DNA of 64,000 nt from Felis catus. Taxonomy: Eukaryota. Position 1 is the first letter of the stretch. Each line of letters opens with the position of its first letter. Below are positions 10,865 to 22,792 of this stretch, in pieces. Under the pieces are notes generated by a model. The model saw only the letters and a list, made by a program, of their open reading frames with translations, was not told the origin of the DNA and did no database searches. The stretch covers positions 87,856,001-87,920,000 of the forward strand of contig NC_058368.1 in NCBI RefSeq assembly GCF_018350175.1, written 5' to 3'. The position numbers and the translations under genes were made by a program.

Positions 10865-11010
10865 CTGGGGGCACAGGCGGGTGGGGCAGCTGTCAGCCCA
10901 ACCTGGGGATAGACTCTATCCCGCCCCCGCCCTACTGCGAGTGCTTTGCTGGCGGGTGGGAATGCTACACACTCGCCAGTCCCGGCCCCCAGCCCGGTGC
11001 CTGTCCCTAC

Positions 11011-11123
11011 CCGGTACCAGGTCACTGTGGGCTGCGGGTTGCCCTCGATGACCGCTTGGAACTGCGCGGTGCTGCCCCTCTGTGCCTGCACGTCTTCGAT
11101 GGTGACCTGCATGGATGGGGGCC
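11011..11123 (-). CDS. OBSCN: OBSCN exon, Ig first half (PPSMQVTIEDVQAQ...VTWYR)
   Basis: ORF 10792..11112; cag/gtaggg. Confidence 0.94.
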
Positions 11124-11677
11124 CTGGGGTGCAGGAGGGAGCCCATGGAGAGAGGTCCAGGCTGTGTCCTCAGCCCACATTGAGTCTTGGAGCTGGGCCT
11201 TGCAGTCAGAGACTGCCCCCCTATAGTGGGCCAGCATTGACCACCCACCCACACCTGTCCTGATACCCCCAAGCCTTGTGATACGCCCTGGGGCAACAAG
11301 AGCCCACCTGCCTCCCTAATGGGGGCGCCCCCCTCCTGACTCTGCCCAGGCCCCTGATGGTCAGGAAGTGCCTCCTTCCCACAAGCCTCTGTCTCTCCTA
11401 GCTGTCCAAGGGCAGGGTGTGCAGAGCATGTCGACGCCTGCTGGAGAAGGTGGCCCCCAGCAAACAGTTCACTACCTTCAGCCCCTCAACCCTCCCAGGT
11501 GACAGCCCTCACCTCTCCCTGGGGAGACACAGGGGCAGAGAGCTCCCCACACCTACCCCACCCCAGCAAGGCTGGGACAGGCTAGGTGGCTCTGCAGGTT
11601 CCTCTGCACAAGCGTCCCTCCCCCGGTCCAGGGCACTGGGAGCACACACAGACATGACCCACTAAGCCCCCGCCTAC

Positions 11678-11799
11678 TTGTGGCACCCGTGTCGCTGGCC
11701 TGGTACACATATGTCCGATGCGTGGTCTCCATGAACACCTGGCTGTGGATGTCCCATAGGTCCACTGCTCCTGCTCCCGGCCAGGCTGTACCCTCCATC
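11678..11799 (-). CDS. OBSCN: OBSCN-B exon (MEGTAWPGAGAVDLWDIHSQV...DTGAT)
   Basis: ORF 11553..11879; cag/gtaggc; phase 2 to 1. Confidence 0.88.
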
Positions 11800-12033
11800 C
11801 TGTGGTCATGGAGCTGGATGAGTGTCTGCTCTTCTCCTACACCCCTGGAGTGTGGGCAGCTCTGCCCCCGCCCCCGCACTACAGCAGACTTTTAGGGGAT
11901 GCACAAAGAGGGGACCCAGCCCCGGGTGAGGCGAGGGCTCCACCCCTCACCCTGAGAGCAGTCTCTCCTCTGTGCCCTGACCCTGGGATGTCCCCTCATG
12001 AACTGCCCCCACCCAGCACGCCAAGGAGGTTAC

Positions 12034-12130
12034 CGGATGGGCACAGTGCGTCCCTGGGCCTCAGCATGGGTCCCCAAGTCCTGCTCCTGGCCCTCCTGGG
12101 GAAGAGGCTCTGGCACCTTCTGAGGCTCAG
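12034..12130 (-). CDS. OBSCN: OBSCN-B exon (AEPQKVPEPLPQEG...TVPIR)
   Basis: ORF 12030..12422; cag/gtaacc. Confidence 0.85.
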
Positions 12131-12520
12131 CTGGTAGGAGACAGGGGCTTAGTGAGAGGGAGCTTGGGATGGAGCTGGGACTGCCCCTCACTATGTGTCC
12201 CCATGTCATCCTGCAGGCCCAGAGGGTGGGAGCACAAGGTGGAGGAGGGACTGTGGGAGCACAGGGCCCCTGTGGGTAAGAACAGACAGGGACTACCCTC
12301 CTCCAAACCCAGGGGTCCTGACCTCCCCGCAGAGCCCAGGAGCCAATGCACCCTCCTGTCCTAGCTTCTGGCCTGGGCCAGCAGCCATGCAACAGGGTCC
12401 CAGCTACCCAGACAAGGGCCATTCTGACAGCCAGGTGCAGCAGCTTCTGGGGGGGAGGGGCCCCAAGGCAGCATCCCTGGGGGGGGGTCTCATCAGGCCA
12501 GGGTGGTGGTGAGGGGGTCT

Positions 12521-12905
12521 ACCTCTCCTCTCCTTCCTCCTCCCTCTCCCTCCTCCTCCTTTCTTCCTCCTTCTCCTCCCTCTCCTCCCTCACCTCCTTT
12601 CTTTTCTCCCTCCTCTTCCTCCTTACTCCTCTTCCTCCCTCTCATCCCTCTTCTTCCCTCTTCCCCCTTTCCTTCATTCTCCTCCTCCCTCCCCTCCTCT
12701 CTCTTCCTCCCTCCTCCTCCCCCTTCCTCCCTCCTCCATCTCCTCCTCTCTCTTCTCTCTTCTTCCTTTTTCCTCCTCTCTCTTCTTCTTCCCCCTCCCT
12801 CCTCCTCCTCCTCTCCATCTCCTCCCTCACCTCCTCCTCCCTCCTTTTTCTTCTCCTCCCTCCTCCCACTCCTCCTCTTCCCCCCCTCCTCCCCCACTCC
12901 TTCTC
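12521..12905. repeat. ~385-bp C/T-rich low-complexity tract
   Basis: cct/ctt repeats, no G and very few A on + strand. Confidence 0.95.
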
Positions 12906-13238
12906 ACCTACCCAGAAGCACAGGGCACTCAGGCTCTGTGCCCAGGGCTAACCACCAAAGCCTCTGGCTTCCAGGACAGATGTACTCAGGGTGGGAAGAA
13001 CCTCCCAGCACCCACCTCCTGCTTATAGCTTCACAGTTGGGGAGCCTGAGGCTGAGCTAAACTGGGCCTTGTCCAGGTCCCCCAGTGCATGGGGCCATTG
13101 GGATGTCAGGGTCCCCAGGGCTCTTCCCATTCACCTGAATAGGATGGATACCTGGGGTGGCCAAGGTTGAAGCCAGCACAGGGGGGACCCTGAGAGCAGG
13201 TGGCACTTTGTGGTCAGCCTGAGGCCACTGGGCCTCAC

Positions 13239-13436
13239 CAGATGCATCTGCAACCTCCGTGCCTAGGAGTTTGAGGCCAGCCTCCTGGAGTTTGGGTGGC
13301 CCCCCAGGGCCAGGGATGGGGCCAGCGTGGTCCCCTGTGGAGGGTCCTGGAGCCTCGGGGCACACCAGCGTCCTTGGAACAGACGTGATCTCCTTGTCTG
13401 CTGGCTCCAGGGCAACTGGGGGAGGGGCAGCAGCAT
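13239..13436 (-). CDS. OBSCN: First obscurin-B-specific exon (DAAAPPPVALEPADKEITSV...ADAS)
   Basis: cacag/gtgagg; phase 1-1; alternative in-frame acceptor would start exon at 13415. Confidence 0.8.
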
Positions 13437-14556
13437 CTGTGGGAGAGGCAGGTCAGCGTGTAGGGGTGAGGCGTGGCCTGGGCCCAAGAAGAGGGCTCCA
13501 GAAACCTTGTCCCAGTCCTCAGAGGCTGCCCCAGTGAGCTGACTCCAAGCTGCCCTTCCCACAAATCTGACCCACCACACACTCAAGGCAGTGAGCCCAG
13601 GACTTTTGAAAACATGGGGGCTCCTCTGGGCACAGGTGGGTCTGGATACCTGCCCTCTGTCTTGGTCCTGCCCCTCAGTCTCAGTTCATCCCATACCTTC
13701 ACCCTGGGACTGGCCTCCACACCATGGTCCACTCCAGACCCCAGGGTACTGGGCCACCCAGGCCCAAGGGAACCCAGCCCCACACTCTAGGGAAGCCTGG
13801 GAACAGCCTGATGCTGTCAGGGGCCAAGGGGTCCTTCCTGCCCTCCCAGGCCAGCCATGCATGGCAGCGGCCTCCCCTCCACCTGCAGCCTAGCCCCACT
13901 GAGGCCACTGTATCCTTGTTGGCTCCCTGCCTCTAGCTCCTGGTGCATTTTCCTCCCCCACCTGGGGGTCATTCTTCCTATGGTCACACCACAGCCTCAC
14001 ACATGCCCAGGGATGCCTACCACTCCATTCCCAGCAGGTCCCCCCGCCTGGAGCTCTCCCCTCACCCCAGACTTTTTCTCTTGTTCATCTTCTGTATCCT
14101 CAGACCCTCCAAGCTGGAGAAGCGACTAGTCAGTCTGCTGTCTGTGTGCCCTCAATGGCACTGGGACATGCGTCTCATCCTTCCCCAGTCCAAGGAGGTC
14201 AACAGACCCCGAACACATCACAGCCTCTGTGCCCATCTCACCAACAACCCCCCCGGCACAGATGGTAGGGAGGGCTGCTCAGTCTCCAGAGGGCTGGGAA
14301 TGACCACTAGTCTTGTCACAAGGTAGCACCTGTCACCAGCCACACAGCCTGTGTGAGCAAGCTACACCGGCGAGCTGTCACGCCTCCACCCAGGGACCCT
14401 AGGATGGGCCAGAACCCACAGGCTGGTGTCAGGTGCCCACCAAGGGCTGCTACTGGTGGTCCCCAGGACCAGGCATAGAAGGCCCTCCCCAATAAGTCGC
14501 CGGAGCCACCAGGCAGAGAAGCAAGAAAGCAGAGAAGACACAGTGCAGGGAACCAG

Positions 14557-14562
14557 TTTATT
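14557..14562 (-). terminator. Poly(A) signal for obscurin-A
   Basis: AATAAA ~550 nt after the A stop codon, followed by GT/T-rich ctgtgtcttctctgctttcttg. Confidence 0.8.
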
Positions 14563-15110
14563 ATCATCATCGGGGCCATCTGATGGGCCACTTCCCATGC
14601 ACAGACCCTGGTCCACCCTGCAGAAAGGCTCAGGAGGGCCTGCAGGGCTGTGCCCCGCACAGGCCTCCCAGAGGCCAAGACAAATGTTCATGGTGAAGAT
14701 GCGGCTGGGGAGCCCCCACCTGACAGGAAGACCAGGACCCTAGCCTGGAGCAGACAGGACAAACCTGACATCCCGGCCTTGTGAACATGGCCAGACAGAT
14801 ACAGTGTCCCTGACTTATGTCTAGAGCCCTGAGCCCAGAGCTGCAGTCCATGAGTCTCTCCAGCCTGTACTCTTCAGAGGCTTCTGTACTTTCTGAGACT
14901 CCAGACCTGTGTGCAGTGTCCTCAGCCAGACCAGGCCTTGTGAGGTAGCAAGTGCCTGGGGTAGAAGGGGCAGGCAGGCTCCAGCCCTGAGTTCTTGGAG
15001 AGTGGAGGGGAGGATCAGAGCACACATATCCATGGGGCACTGGCTTCCTCCACATAGCCACACTGGCTGCATCAGGGTGCCTGACAGCCAAGCCCCTGAC
15101 GCTTATGGCC

Positions 15111-16245
15111 TCAACCCTGGGAGGGGCTGGGGGCCTTGTCCCCATCTGGGTGGATGTGCAGAGTGACCGTCTCACCCACTGTCCCAAAGCTGACTGTCTG
15201 GGTGGAAACCTCTGTTTTGAAGCTGCTCTGGCCACTGTCTGCAGACCGCTGGACATGGGTGCAGAAGGACGGCTTCCAGGAGGTAGCATCCCCAGCCCGC
15301 ACCTCCTGCACACAGAAGGAGACTCCACTGGGGCCAAGGACTTGAGGCCCTGACGGAGACACTTCCTGGTGACTGAAAAAGCTGGATCGGCCTCGTGGGC
15401 CCAGGGGACGCCCCACATTGAGCAGGACAGGCCGCCCCACAGTGGGCTCACTGATCTCTCTCTGAAGCACAGAGACCTCGCAGGGTGGGTCATCAGAAGT
15501 GCTGGGCACTGGGCCATGACAGCCGAAGGTCTCCCCCTCCCGGGGCACATAATCCTCCAGGTCAGCCAGCGTCAGCACTCGGCCGTCATGTGTGAGGACC
15601 TTGGGGTCACGGCTCCAAAGGCTGTTGGTGCCCTGAGGCTCCTCTGTCAGGAGGGCACCTCCTTCCTCCATCTCCTCCAGGGGAGCCTCTTCTTCAGCTG
15701 CTTGGGGAGGGAAAGGCTCAGGGGTCTCCTCTGGCCCAGCATCCATGCAGAAGGTGAGAGGCTCTCCAGCACTGACTATGGTTCTGCCCTGGGCCTGGGG
15801 CTCCTGAGCCAGGAACTTGTTGTTGGAATTGTTTGCATTGGGGTCTCCTGTGGGTGTCCCACCTGACATCGTGAAGAGGAGCCCTGTGGAGCTGTTGGGT
15901 GCCTCTCTGGCAGGAGATGCACCCCTGGAGCCCGTCTTCTTCACCTGGACTTCAATAGTCTCCTCAACCTCTACCCACTTGGGTTGGGGCCTCGTGCCCT
16001 GGGGCAGGGCCGGTGTGTGGGACTCAGGCTCCGTCACGTACAGCGTGGGCACAGTGGGCCTCCAGCCTGGTTCCACCTCAGGCTTTCGAGGCTGGCTGGC
16101 CCCCAGTGAGTAGAGCACCTCGGGGGCCAACTGGCCTGGCCTGGGTGGGCTGGCAGTGCGGCGAGAAGGCGAGCGGGAAGGGGACTTGTTGGGGGACCGG
16201 CGCCGGCCACGGGGGCTCTTCACCACGGTGGTGATGGTCTCCTCT
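15111..16245 (-). CDS. OBSCN: Obscurin-A terminal exon, non-modular ankyrin-binding tail
   Basis: ORF 15111..16277: EETITTVVKSPRG..., KWVEVEETIEVQVKK, LTLADLEDYVP, FGTVGETVTLH; cgcag acceptor. Confidence 0.95.
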
Positions 16246-17374
16246 CTGCGGGGAGAGGGCCAAGAGGAAATGGGCACAGAGACCTGCAGCCTTGCTCAGT
16301 GCCCGCACCATCAGCACATGCAGGGGCCACATGAGTGATTGGGTTAGTGTCCTCACAAGCAAGTGGTGACACTGCACAAACTCCTACACATGTGCTTGAG
16401 CCCAACCTCTGGAACCTACAGAGAACCAAAGAAACAAAGCACAAAGCCCCATCTGGCTAACCTCAAACTCTAGTGTGCATATCTCAAAACAAGAGTTAAG
16501 GCATCAGGGGAGGGCCATTTCACATTACAAGGTGCCTCAAAACCCCAGACTGAGACTGGTTTACAATGTCTCTGTGTGCTAGTCTCTCCTCCATTTATGA
16601 CCAGCTCACTTCGGAGATCCCAGTGCTCTTTGTGCAGTTAATGGGAAGGTATGCAGGGACATAGCCATATGGCCTTCCTTGTCCATCCCACCAGTGCCTT
16701 ATGCTTTATATCATGTGGGTTACCCCAGTGAGCCCTCAGAGAGCAGGAGCCATCCATAAGATGTAAATAATAGAGATGCTCCTTTCATGGATGAAACATA
16801 GAGTTAATCTGTATAAAGCTCAGACACAGTCACATAGCTCCAGGGATGGGGTACTTACTACTACCCCATGTATTGTGGGGCAGCAACGTGCCTTGGGGGA
16901 GGAGGGAGGAAGTCGAGGAAGAGTTAACCCAGGATCTGACCAAGTGTCTGATGATAAGATTCTCCATAACTTGAACAACTTCAGGCCCCTTGAGGAGGTC
17001 ATAGGTCCATGGGGACTAACCAGAGTTTCCCAGCCATCTGGTCTTAGACCAGTTTTTCTTTCCTCCTGGCTTTTGCAAGCTTTTCCACAATCTCCACCTG
17101 CACACACCCTCTAGCGGAAGTCCTCCCGATAATCCAGGTCAAAACCAATTCTTCCTTCTGTGGTTTCACTCAGCTCCAAACCTCTTGTGTAATTTAAGTA
17201 GCAACAACCCCAGCCTTGAAGGCACCAAAGAAAGGGATGGCGGGCGTGGCACCGGGGAAATGGGTTATCCGTTGGCTTCCAATCATGAGACACCCTGAGC
17301 AAGCCTCTTCCCTGAACGTGAGTTTCCCCATCTCCCTAATGCTAGGGTTGGGCTTGGAGACATGTAAGGGACCT

Positions 17375-17575
17375 AGAGCTGTGCTTCCCACTAGGGTTAC
17401 ACTATTTTAATTAAATGCAAGTTAATGAGAATAACTAAAATCTAGCATTCAGTTCTTCAGTTACACTTGACACATTTGAAATACTTGGCAGCCACATATG
17501 GCTAGTGGATGCTCTTGTAGTGTGCAACATAGAGAATACTTCCAACATCACAGAAAGCTCTGTTGGACAGAAATG
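17375..17575 (-). mobile_element. MER3-like hAT-Charlie DNA transposon remnant
   Basis: reverse strand tgtccaacagagctttctgtgatgttggaa...ccactagccatatgtggct...gaagaactgaat resembles MER3 as recalled. Confidence 0.65.
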
Positions 17576-17972
17576 TCCTAGATTCTAGGGTTTTGAGTAG
17601 AATTCTGCCTCTGGCCCACTGTGGGAAACAGCTCTCAGTCCCGGCTCCAAACTAACTGGTGTGATTCTGGGTCCAAGCTGGGTGTACTGCTGTGAAGTAT
17701 ACAGAGTAAGTCTACCCTGCGGAAGCAATGGAGCCATGGAGGCCCTGTAAGAGAGAGCTGTGAAATGTGAAGGTAGTCAAGACCCCAGGGGAATGTGGGT
17801 CCCCTCTGGAGCTTCTGCAAAGTGCTGGCAGTCTGCGTGGTGAGCAAAAGCCATATGGGCAGGTAGTCAGACAAGCAGGTGGCCGGGCCACACAGGCAAG
17901 GTCTAGGTGGGTTAGTGGGCATGCAGGGGGCACTGCAGTCAGAAGGAAAGTTAGGAACACGCCTGCACTTAC

Positions 17973-18015
17973 ATGATGATGGTTTTCTTGGGGACTTTAG
18001 TCTCCTGCTCAGTGA
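17973..18015 (-). CDS. OBSCN: Obscurin-A 43-nt exon (VTEQETKVPKKTIII)
   Basis: tttgtag/gtaagt; phase 1 to 2 links 20925 to 16245; absent from ORF track. Confidence 0.92.
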
Positions 18016-20924
18016 CTACAAAGAAAACAGTCGGAATAGCCAGGGTTACAGATCAGCCAGCGCTCAGGAGCTGAGCTGTTTGAATGGCATGGCAGTGTAG
18101 TAACCTGCTCGGCTTAGGAGCACTGGATCCAAGCCCTGCCTGGCCTATCTGTCTCAGCTTGAAGCCCCAGTTGTCATCTTTGAAATGGAGATGACAAAGC
18201 CTTCTTTGAGTGTCTGGGGGATAAGGAAGTAGAACATCAAATGTGTCTAACATGAGGAAATGAGGGTCTTTCAGGGACCGTAGCAAGAGTAGGGGCCCCA
18301 TCTGGGCAGTCCACACAGAAATTCCAGCTCTTTCTTCAGCTCATGTGCCAGGGAGCCCTGTGAGTTTGTCAAACCTAAGGTCCCACTGCTCAGAAAAAAA
18401 CTGAAGGCTAGGCGTGGGGAAAGGAATGCCTCATGGGAATCAAACTGCGACTAGGATGGCTGGTGCCTGTTTTATAAAAATTCCTAAAGAACAAAGGCAT
18501 CTCTCCAGGGAGGTGGCACATATGAGCTTTGTAGCATGAGGCCATGAAAATCCCATCAGGAGCAACCAGAAATGCCTGGACAGGGTCCTGAGCTCTGAGT
18601 AGAGAAATTTAGGTCTCCCCATAGAAGCTACCTACAAATTCAACTGCCTTGATTACCCTACCTTTCTACCCCTCTGGAGCCAGCAGATGGAGGATCAGAG
18701 TCCCAGAGACAGGATAGGACTCATCTGGGACCAAGCAGCACCTATTCCAACCTGTCTCAAGGTCTCTTCCTCTGCAACTTCTGGGAAGGGCCAGGTTTGC
18801 CACAGAGATGCCCCCTCCCAACCACACCCTGCTGGACAGCAGGCAGTCAGCGGCTACCAGTACCCTTAGGTCTCAACAGTCCGTTTTGCCATTATAGGGA
18901 CAAAGCTGAGTGGGATGCTCAAAAAAGTCAAGTGGCATGGCCTGGGGCACACAGCACCCTGGCTTCGTGTGTGGGATTTCAGGCTTTGCTACAGTGCCAT
19001 ATAGAAAAAGGATTTTCCTTTTAGATGACCAAGAGTATTTTAAACTTGTCTCCAATTGGATGCACATGAATTAAATGTACCAGTTGTATCCGTATGGCCC
19101 TTGGGAACCTCATTTATTTGTGTATATGTGTGTACACAAGCATGTGCATGCACACATGCATGTATGTATGTACATGTGCGTGTTTGTGCTAGCTGCCTCC
19201 TGGAGAGGGAAGCCCCCTGGGAGAGAGAATGGAATGCACCAACATGCCCTGTGTGTGAGGATTAAGTTGGGGCCAGAGAGAGCCAGCCTGTTTGCCACCT
19301 GCAGACTGGACCCTGTGTGCAGAACTCCTCTCCTCGCCGCCCCCCCCCCATGACTGGGGTCCCCTCCTGCTGCTCTATGGGGTGGTAGTCAGGACATGTC
19401 TTGGCTGCCTGGTGCTTTTGTTCCTGAACTGGCCAGCCACCTGATGGGCCCTAAGCTCCAGTGAGTACTGGCAGCTATTGGAGAGGTTCAGCCATGCGAA
19501 GCAAGGCTCCTGGCCCAGTGCGGTTCCACAAGCGAGGGGGCAGCACCCACCCCACAAGGCTGGCCAGGGCCGTGCTGGCCATAGAGCCACCAGGTTAAAG
19601 ATGAAGCAGCAGGATAGGGTTAGGAAGCGGTAGGCGCTGGGCTCCAATCCTGGGTTTGTGAGAACCCGCCTTCTTGGATGTGAGGCACCAGGAGGCTGCC
19701 CTTCTTCCAGACTCCACAGCCGTCGGACGTTGACAGAAAGTGACCCATCATGACAATGAAGTGAATGCCTCTGTAGGACATGCTTGTTGCCAGCCTGAGA
19801 GGGAGCACTGAAGTCCCTATGCAGCACCTCCCCTACATAAGATGCTACACTGCAGGAAGTGCAGGTGCCTGCAGACATCACAGGATCCTCTGGGGGGCAG
19901 GAACAAGGCCCCTGCCCTCTCTGTGATGGCTGTGGAGGGTCTCAAAGGCTGTGAGGCCAAACTTCAGGTGCCAAGTAGGCTGACTGTAGGAGGGTCTAGA
20001 TAGACAGAGGCGCCCAGGCATGGGGTCCCAGGAAGGACTGGATCCAGTAGCCCAAGGCATCACAGAAGCCAACATTCAGAAGTTGGGAGGACATGTATTC
20101 CAGCCCTTCCTACTGTGGGAGCTGAAGCTCCACCAAATATTAGTCAAGCCTCTGCTTGTATGCCTCCAGGAACAGAAGACTTACCACCTTATAGGTGGGG
20201 ATACTTGCACTGGGAGAAGCTGTCCCTGGGGCTGCACCCTGCCCCATCAGGCTGCTCTCTGGGACTGAGCAGGCCCAGAACAGATTCCAGTTGCCACCCT
20301 CCCCATCCCAGCCATTCTTGGGCTGGGCCCAGCTGGGATCTTGGACCCAGGCATGAGTGGAGGCGTGAGGTGCCCTGCCGCCCACCCTTCACCTCCCACC
20401 CCAAAGCACATCTCCCCCTAGTGAGACACATCCCAGGACCCCAGGGGCCACCCCCGGCCAGGTTAGGGAGGCAGAGCCACGGCATTCTGTTTTTCCCATG
20501 AACAACCCAACCCCAACACCACTCCCTCTCCTGGGAGCCAAGCTGAGACCTGGCAGCCCTGTGCTCTGCACACGGCAAAGCTGTCCTACCTAATGTTGCT
20601 GCCACCTATCATGAGGCCTGGCTGGCTACTGTCCAGCAGCCTGCCTGGCCCAGATAGGACCTTTCTATGCACTCATTACTGCCCCAGAGATGGTGAGGAA
20701 GATGCACCCCCAGGGCAGCCCTTCAGCCTTGCTGAAGCTCTGGGCTCATGGCTCACCTCATGCTGCCCCAGTAGGGTGCTGGGACCCAGACCTTGCTCCA
20801 CGGCCTCTGCATCCCCTCCTCTCCCAGCCAGACCCCTCCTTGGCCCTCACTGCCCCTCCTCCAAGAAGCACACCTTGATTGGAAAAGCTGGTAGTTTCCC
20901 CCAACCCAGCCCCACAGCACTCAC

Positions 20925-21033
20925 CTTCCACAGCTGCAAGCTGCTCTCTGCGATGTTGTTCCCGGGCTCGCACAGCTGGGCTCTGCATGCACAGCTCTGC
21001 CCCTCCCCTCGCAGAGCCCAGCCGGTTCACCAA
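20925..21033 (-). CDS. OBSCN: Last exon shared by isoforms A and B (LVNRLGSARGGAEL...QLAAVE)
   Basis: ORF 20758..21282; cag/gtgagt. Confidence 0.93.
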
Positions 21034-21594
21034 CTGCAGGGCAGATGGCAAGAGCCTGCTTAGAGCCTGCGGCTCCCTGGGGACCATGCAGGTCATTTGT
21101 AGTGGAGGCCCTCCCTGGCTGTGTCCCAGAGGCATAGAGCCTATCACCAAAGAAAGGGTTCCCACACAGACCCAGCATTGCCCAGGGTTTCCTAGGCACT
21201 GGGGACACTGTCTACACACTTCAGTGTGGTGGCCACATGGGCCCAAGCACGTGCATGGAACCGAATCTTTACCTACAGGCAACTTATTGATTTCAACTCA
21301 AATTGCATGTGGCCAGTAGTGACTGAATCAGACAGTATGGGTCCAGAGCTGGCTCAGGTCTGTGTGTTCCCACAGGAACCTCCATAGGGGCCAGGCCCCA
21401 CCTAGGCTACCAACAGCAGCCACACAGAGGGGGCTTGTAGCCAGGAAGAGCCACAGCCTGCACACACCATCCACAGACCACCCCTGGCCCTGCAGGTGGG
21501 CAAGTGGCTTTGGGAGAAAAGACGATGCCACCCAGGGTTCCCATCTGGGTCCCTGTCCCCTGTCATGGACACTGGATGGTGGGCCAGAGATCCC

Positions 21595-21975
21595 CTCCTT
21601 CACTGGGGATACTGGGTGATCGTGGGCCAGGGATCACTCCATCATCAGGGGCACTGGGTAATGGGGGGCTAGGGTTGTGTCCTCATCATGGCTCAGGGAC
21701 ACTGGGTGATGGTGGGTTGGGGTCCCTCCCTCATCAGGGACACTGGGTGATGGGGGGCCAGGGTCCCTCCCTCATCAGGGGCACTGGGTGATGGGGGACT
21801 AGGATTCTGCCCTTATCATGGTTCAGGGACACTGGGTGATGGTGGGTCGGGGTCCCTCCCTCATCAGGGACACTGGGTGATAGGGGGCTGTGGTCCCTCC
21901 CTCATCATGGTTCAGGGACACTGGGTGATGGGGAGCCGGGGTCCCTCCCTCATCAGGGACACTGGGTGATGGGAG
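21595..21975. repeat. Minisatellite with mixed 41/48-bp units
   Basis: cactgggtgat-like core recurs at ~21652, 21700, 21741, 21782, 21830, 21871, 21919, 21960. Confidence 0.9.
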
Positions 21976-22021
21976 GCCCCAAGCTAGTCCCCTCAGCTAC
22001 CCTTATGTCTGCCCATGTCAC

Positions 22022-22151
22022 CTCGCACTCATAGTGGCCCAGGTCCTCCTTGTTGGCCGCCAAGATCTCCAACACCAGCAGGCCACTGCGGGGCTCGTTC
22101 AGGGTTCGGTATTTGCCGCTGGGTGTCAGCAGGGCCCCGTCCTTGTACCAC
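22022..22151 (-). CDS. OBSCN: OBSCN exon, Ig (WYKDGALLT...EDLGHYECE)
   Basis: tag/gtgaca. Confidence 0.94.
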
Positions 22152-22310
22152 CTATGGCCAACCCTACAGTGTGAGGCAGAGCCACCCCAGCCTCCCCGAC
22201 TTGAGACCCTCCTCTCGCCCCCCCTGCAGTCTGGGCTTGCACATGGAGCCCACCCACACTTTGCCAGCATCCAGCAGACCCTGTCCCAGCCCCCACACTG
22301 CCTGGCCTAC

Positions 22311-22413
22311 CTGATCTGGGGGTGTGGGGCACCTTCGATGGTACAGGTGACCTGAACGTCCTCTCCCTCCACAAAGGGCACTGCCCGGACCTTTTTCACA
22401 AACCGTGGGGGTA
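22311..22413 (-). CDS. OBSCN: OBSCN exon, Ig (VPPRFVKKVRAVPFVEGEDVQVTC...QIR)
   Basis: cag/gtaggc. Confidence 0.94.
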
Positions 22414-22624
22414 CTGTGGGGCCACCGAGTGGTGGAAGGGGAAGAGATATAGAGAGAGACACCATGATGGAGAGGGACCCTACTCCACCAGTGAGTTCCC
22501 CAGATGTGGTCGGAATCCACATGGCCACCATCAGCCCCACCCACAGGCCTGTGCCCCCCATTGAGTCCCCAAGGTAGAGCAGGGTCCAGATGCCCCACAC
22601 CCCAGCCTCCCTCCCAGGGCTCAC

Positions 22625-22792
22625 CTTGCACCAGTATCTTGCCTAGGGTGCTGGCATTGCCAGCAGCACTGGCCGCAAAGCACATGTACTGGCCGGAGTC
22701 CACGCCAGTCAGATTGTCCAGAATGAGGGCACATGAGCCATCGGGGTCCTCGATGAGGATGTGGTGAGGGTCCACTTCCACTGGCTTCCCGT
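22625..22792 (-). CDS. OBSCN: OBSCN exon, Ig (DGKPVEVDPHH...DSGQYMC...KILVQ)
   Basis: cag/gtgagc. Confidence 0.94.

Noticed and set aside
12346..13060. Long Ser/Pro/Leu- or Glu/Arg/Gly-rich ORFs
   Set aside because: Artefacts of the C/T tract; no splice or domain support
14066..14113. Purine-rich candidate exon (ctccag...GGG|gtgagg) between the A poly(A) site and the first B exon
   Set aside because: In phase 1 it reads into TGA; a role as an alternative first exon has no support from sequence alone
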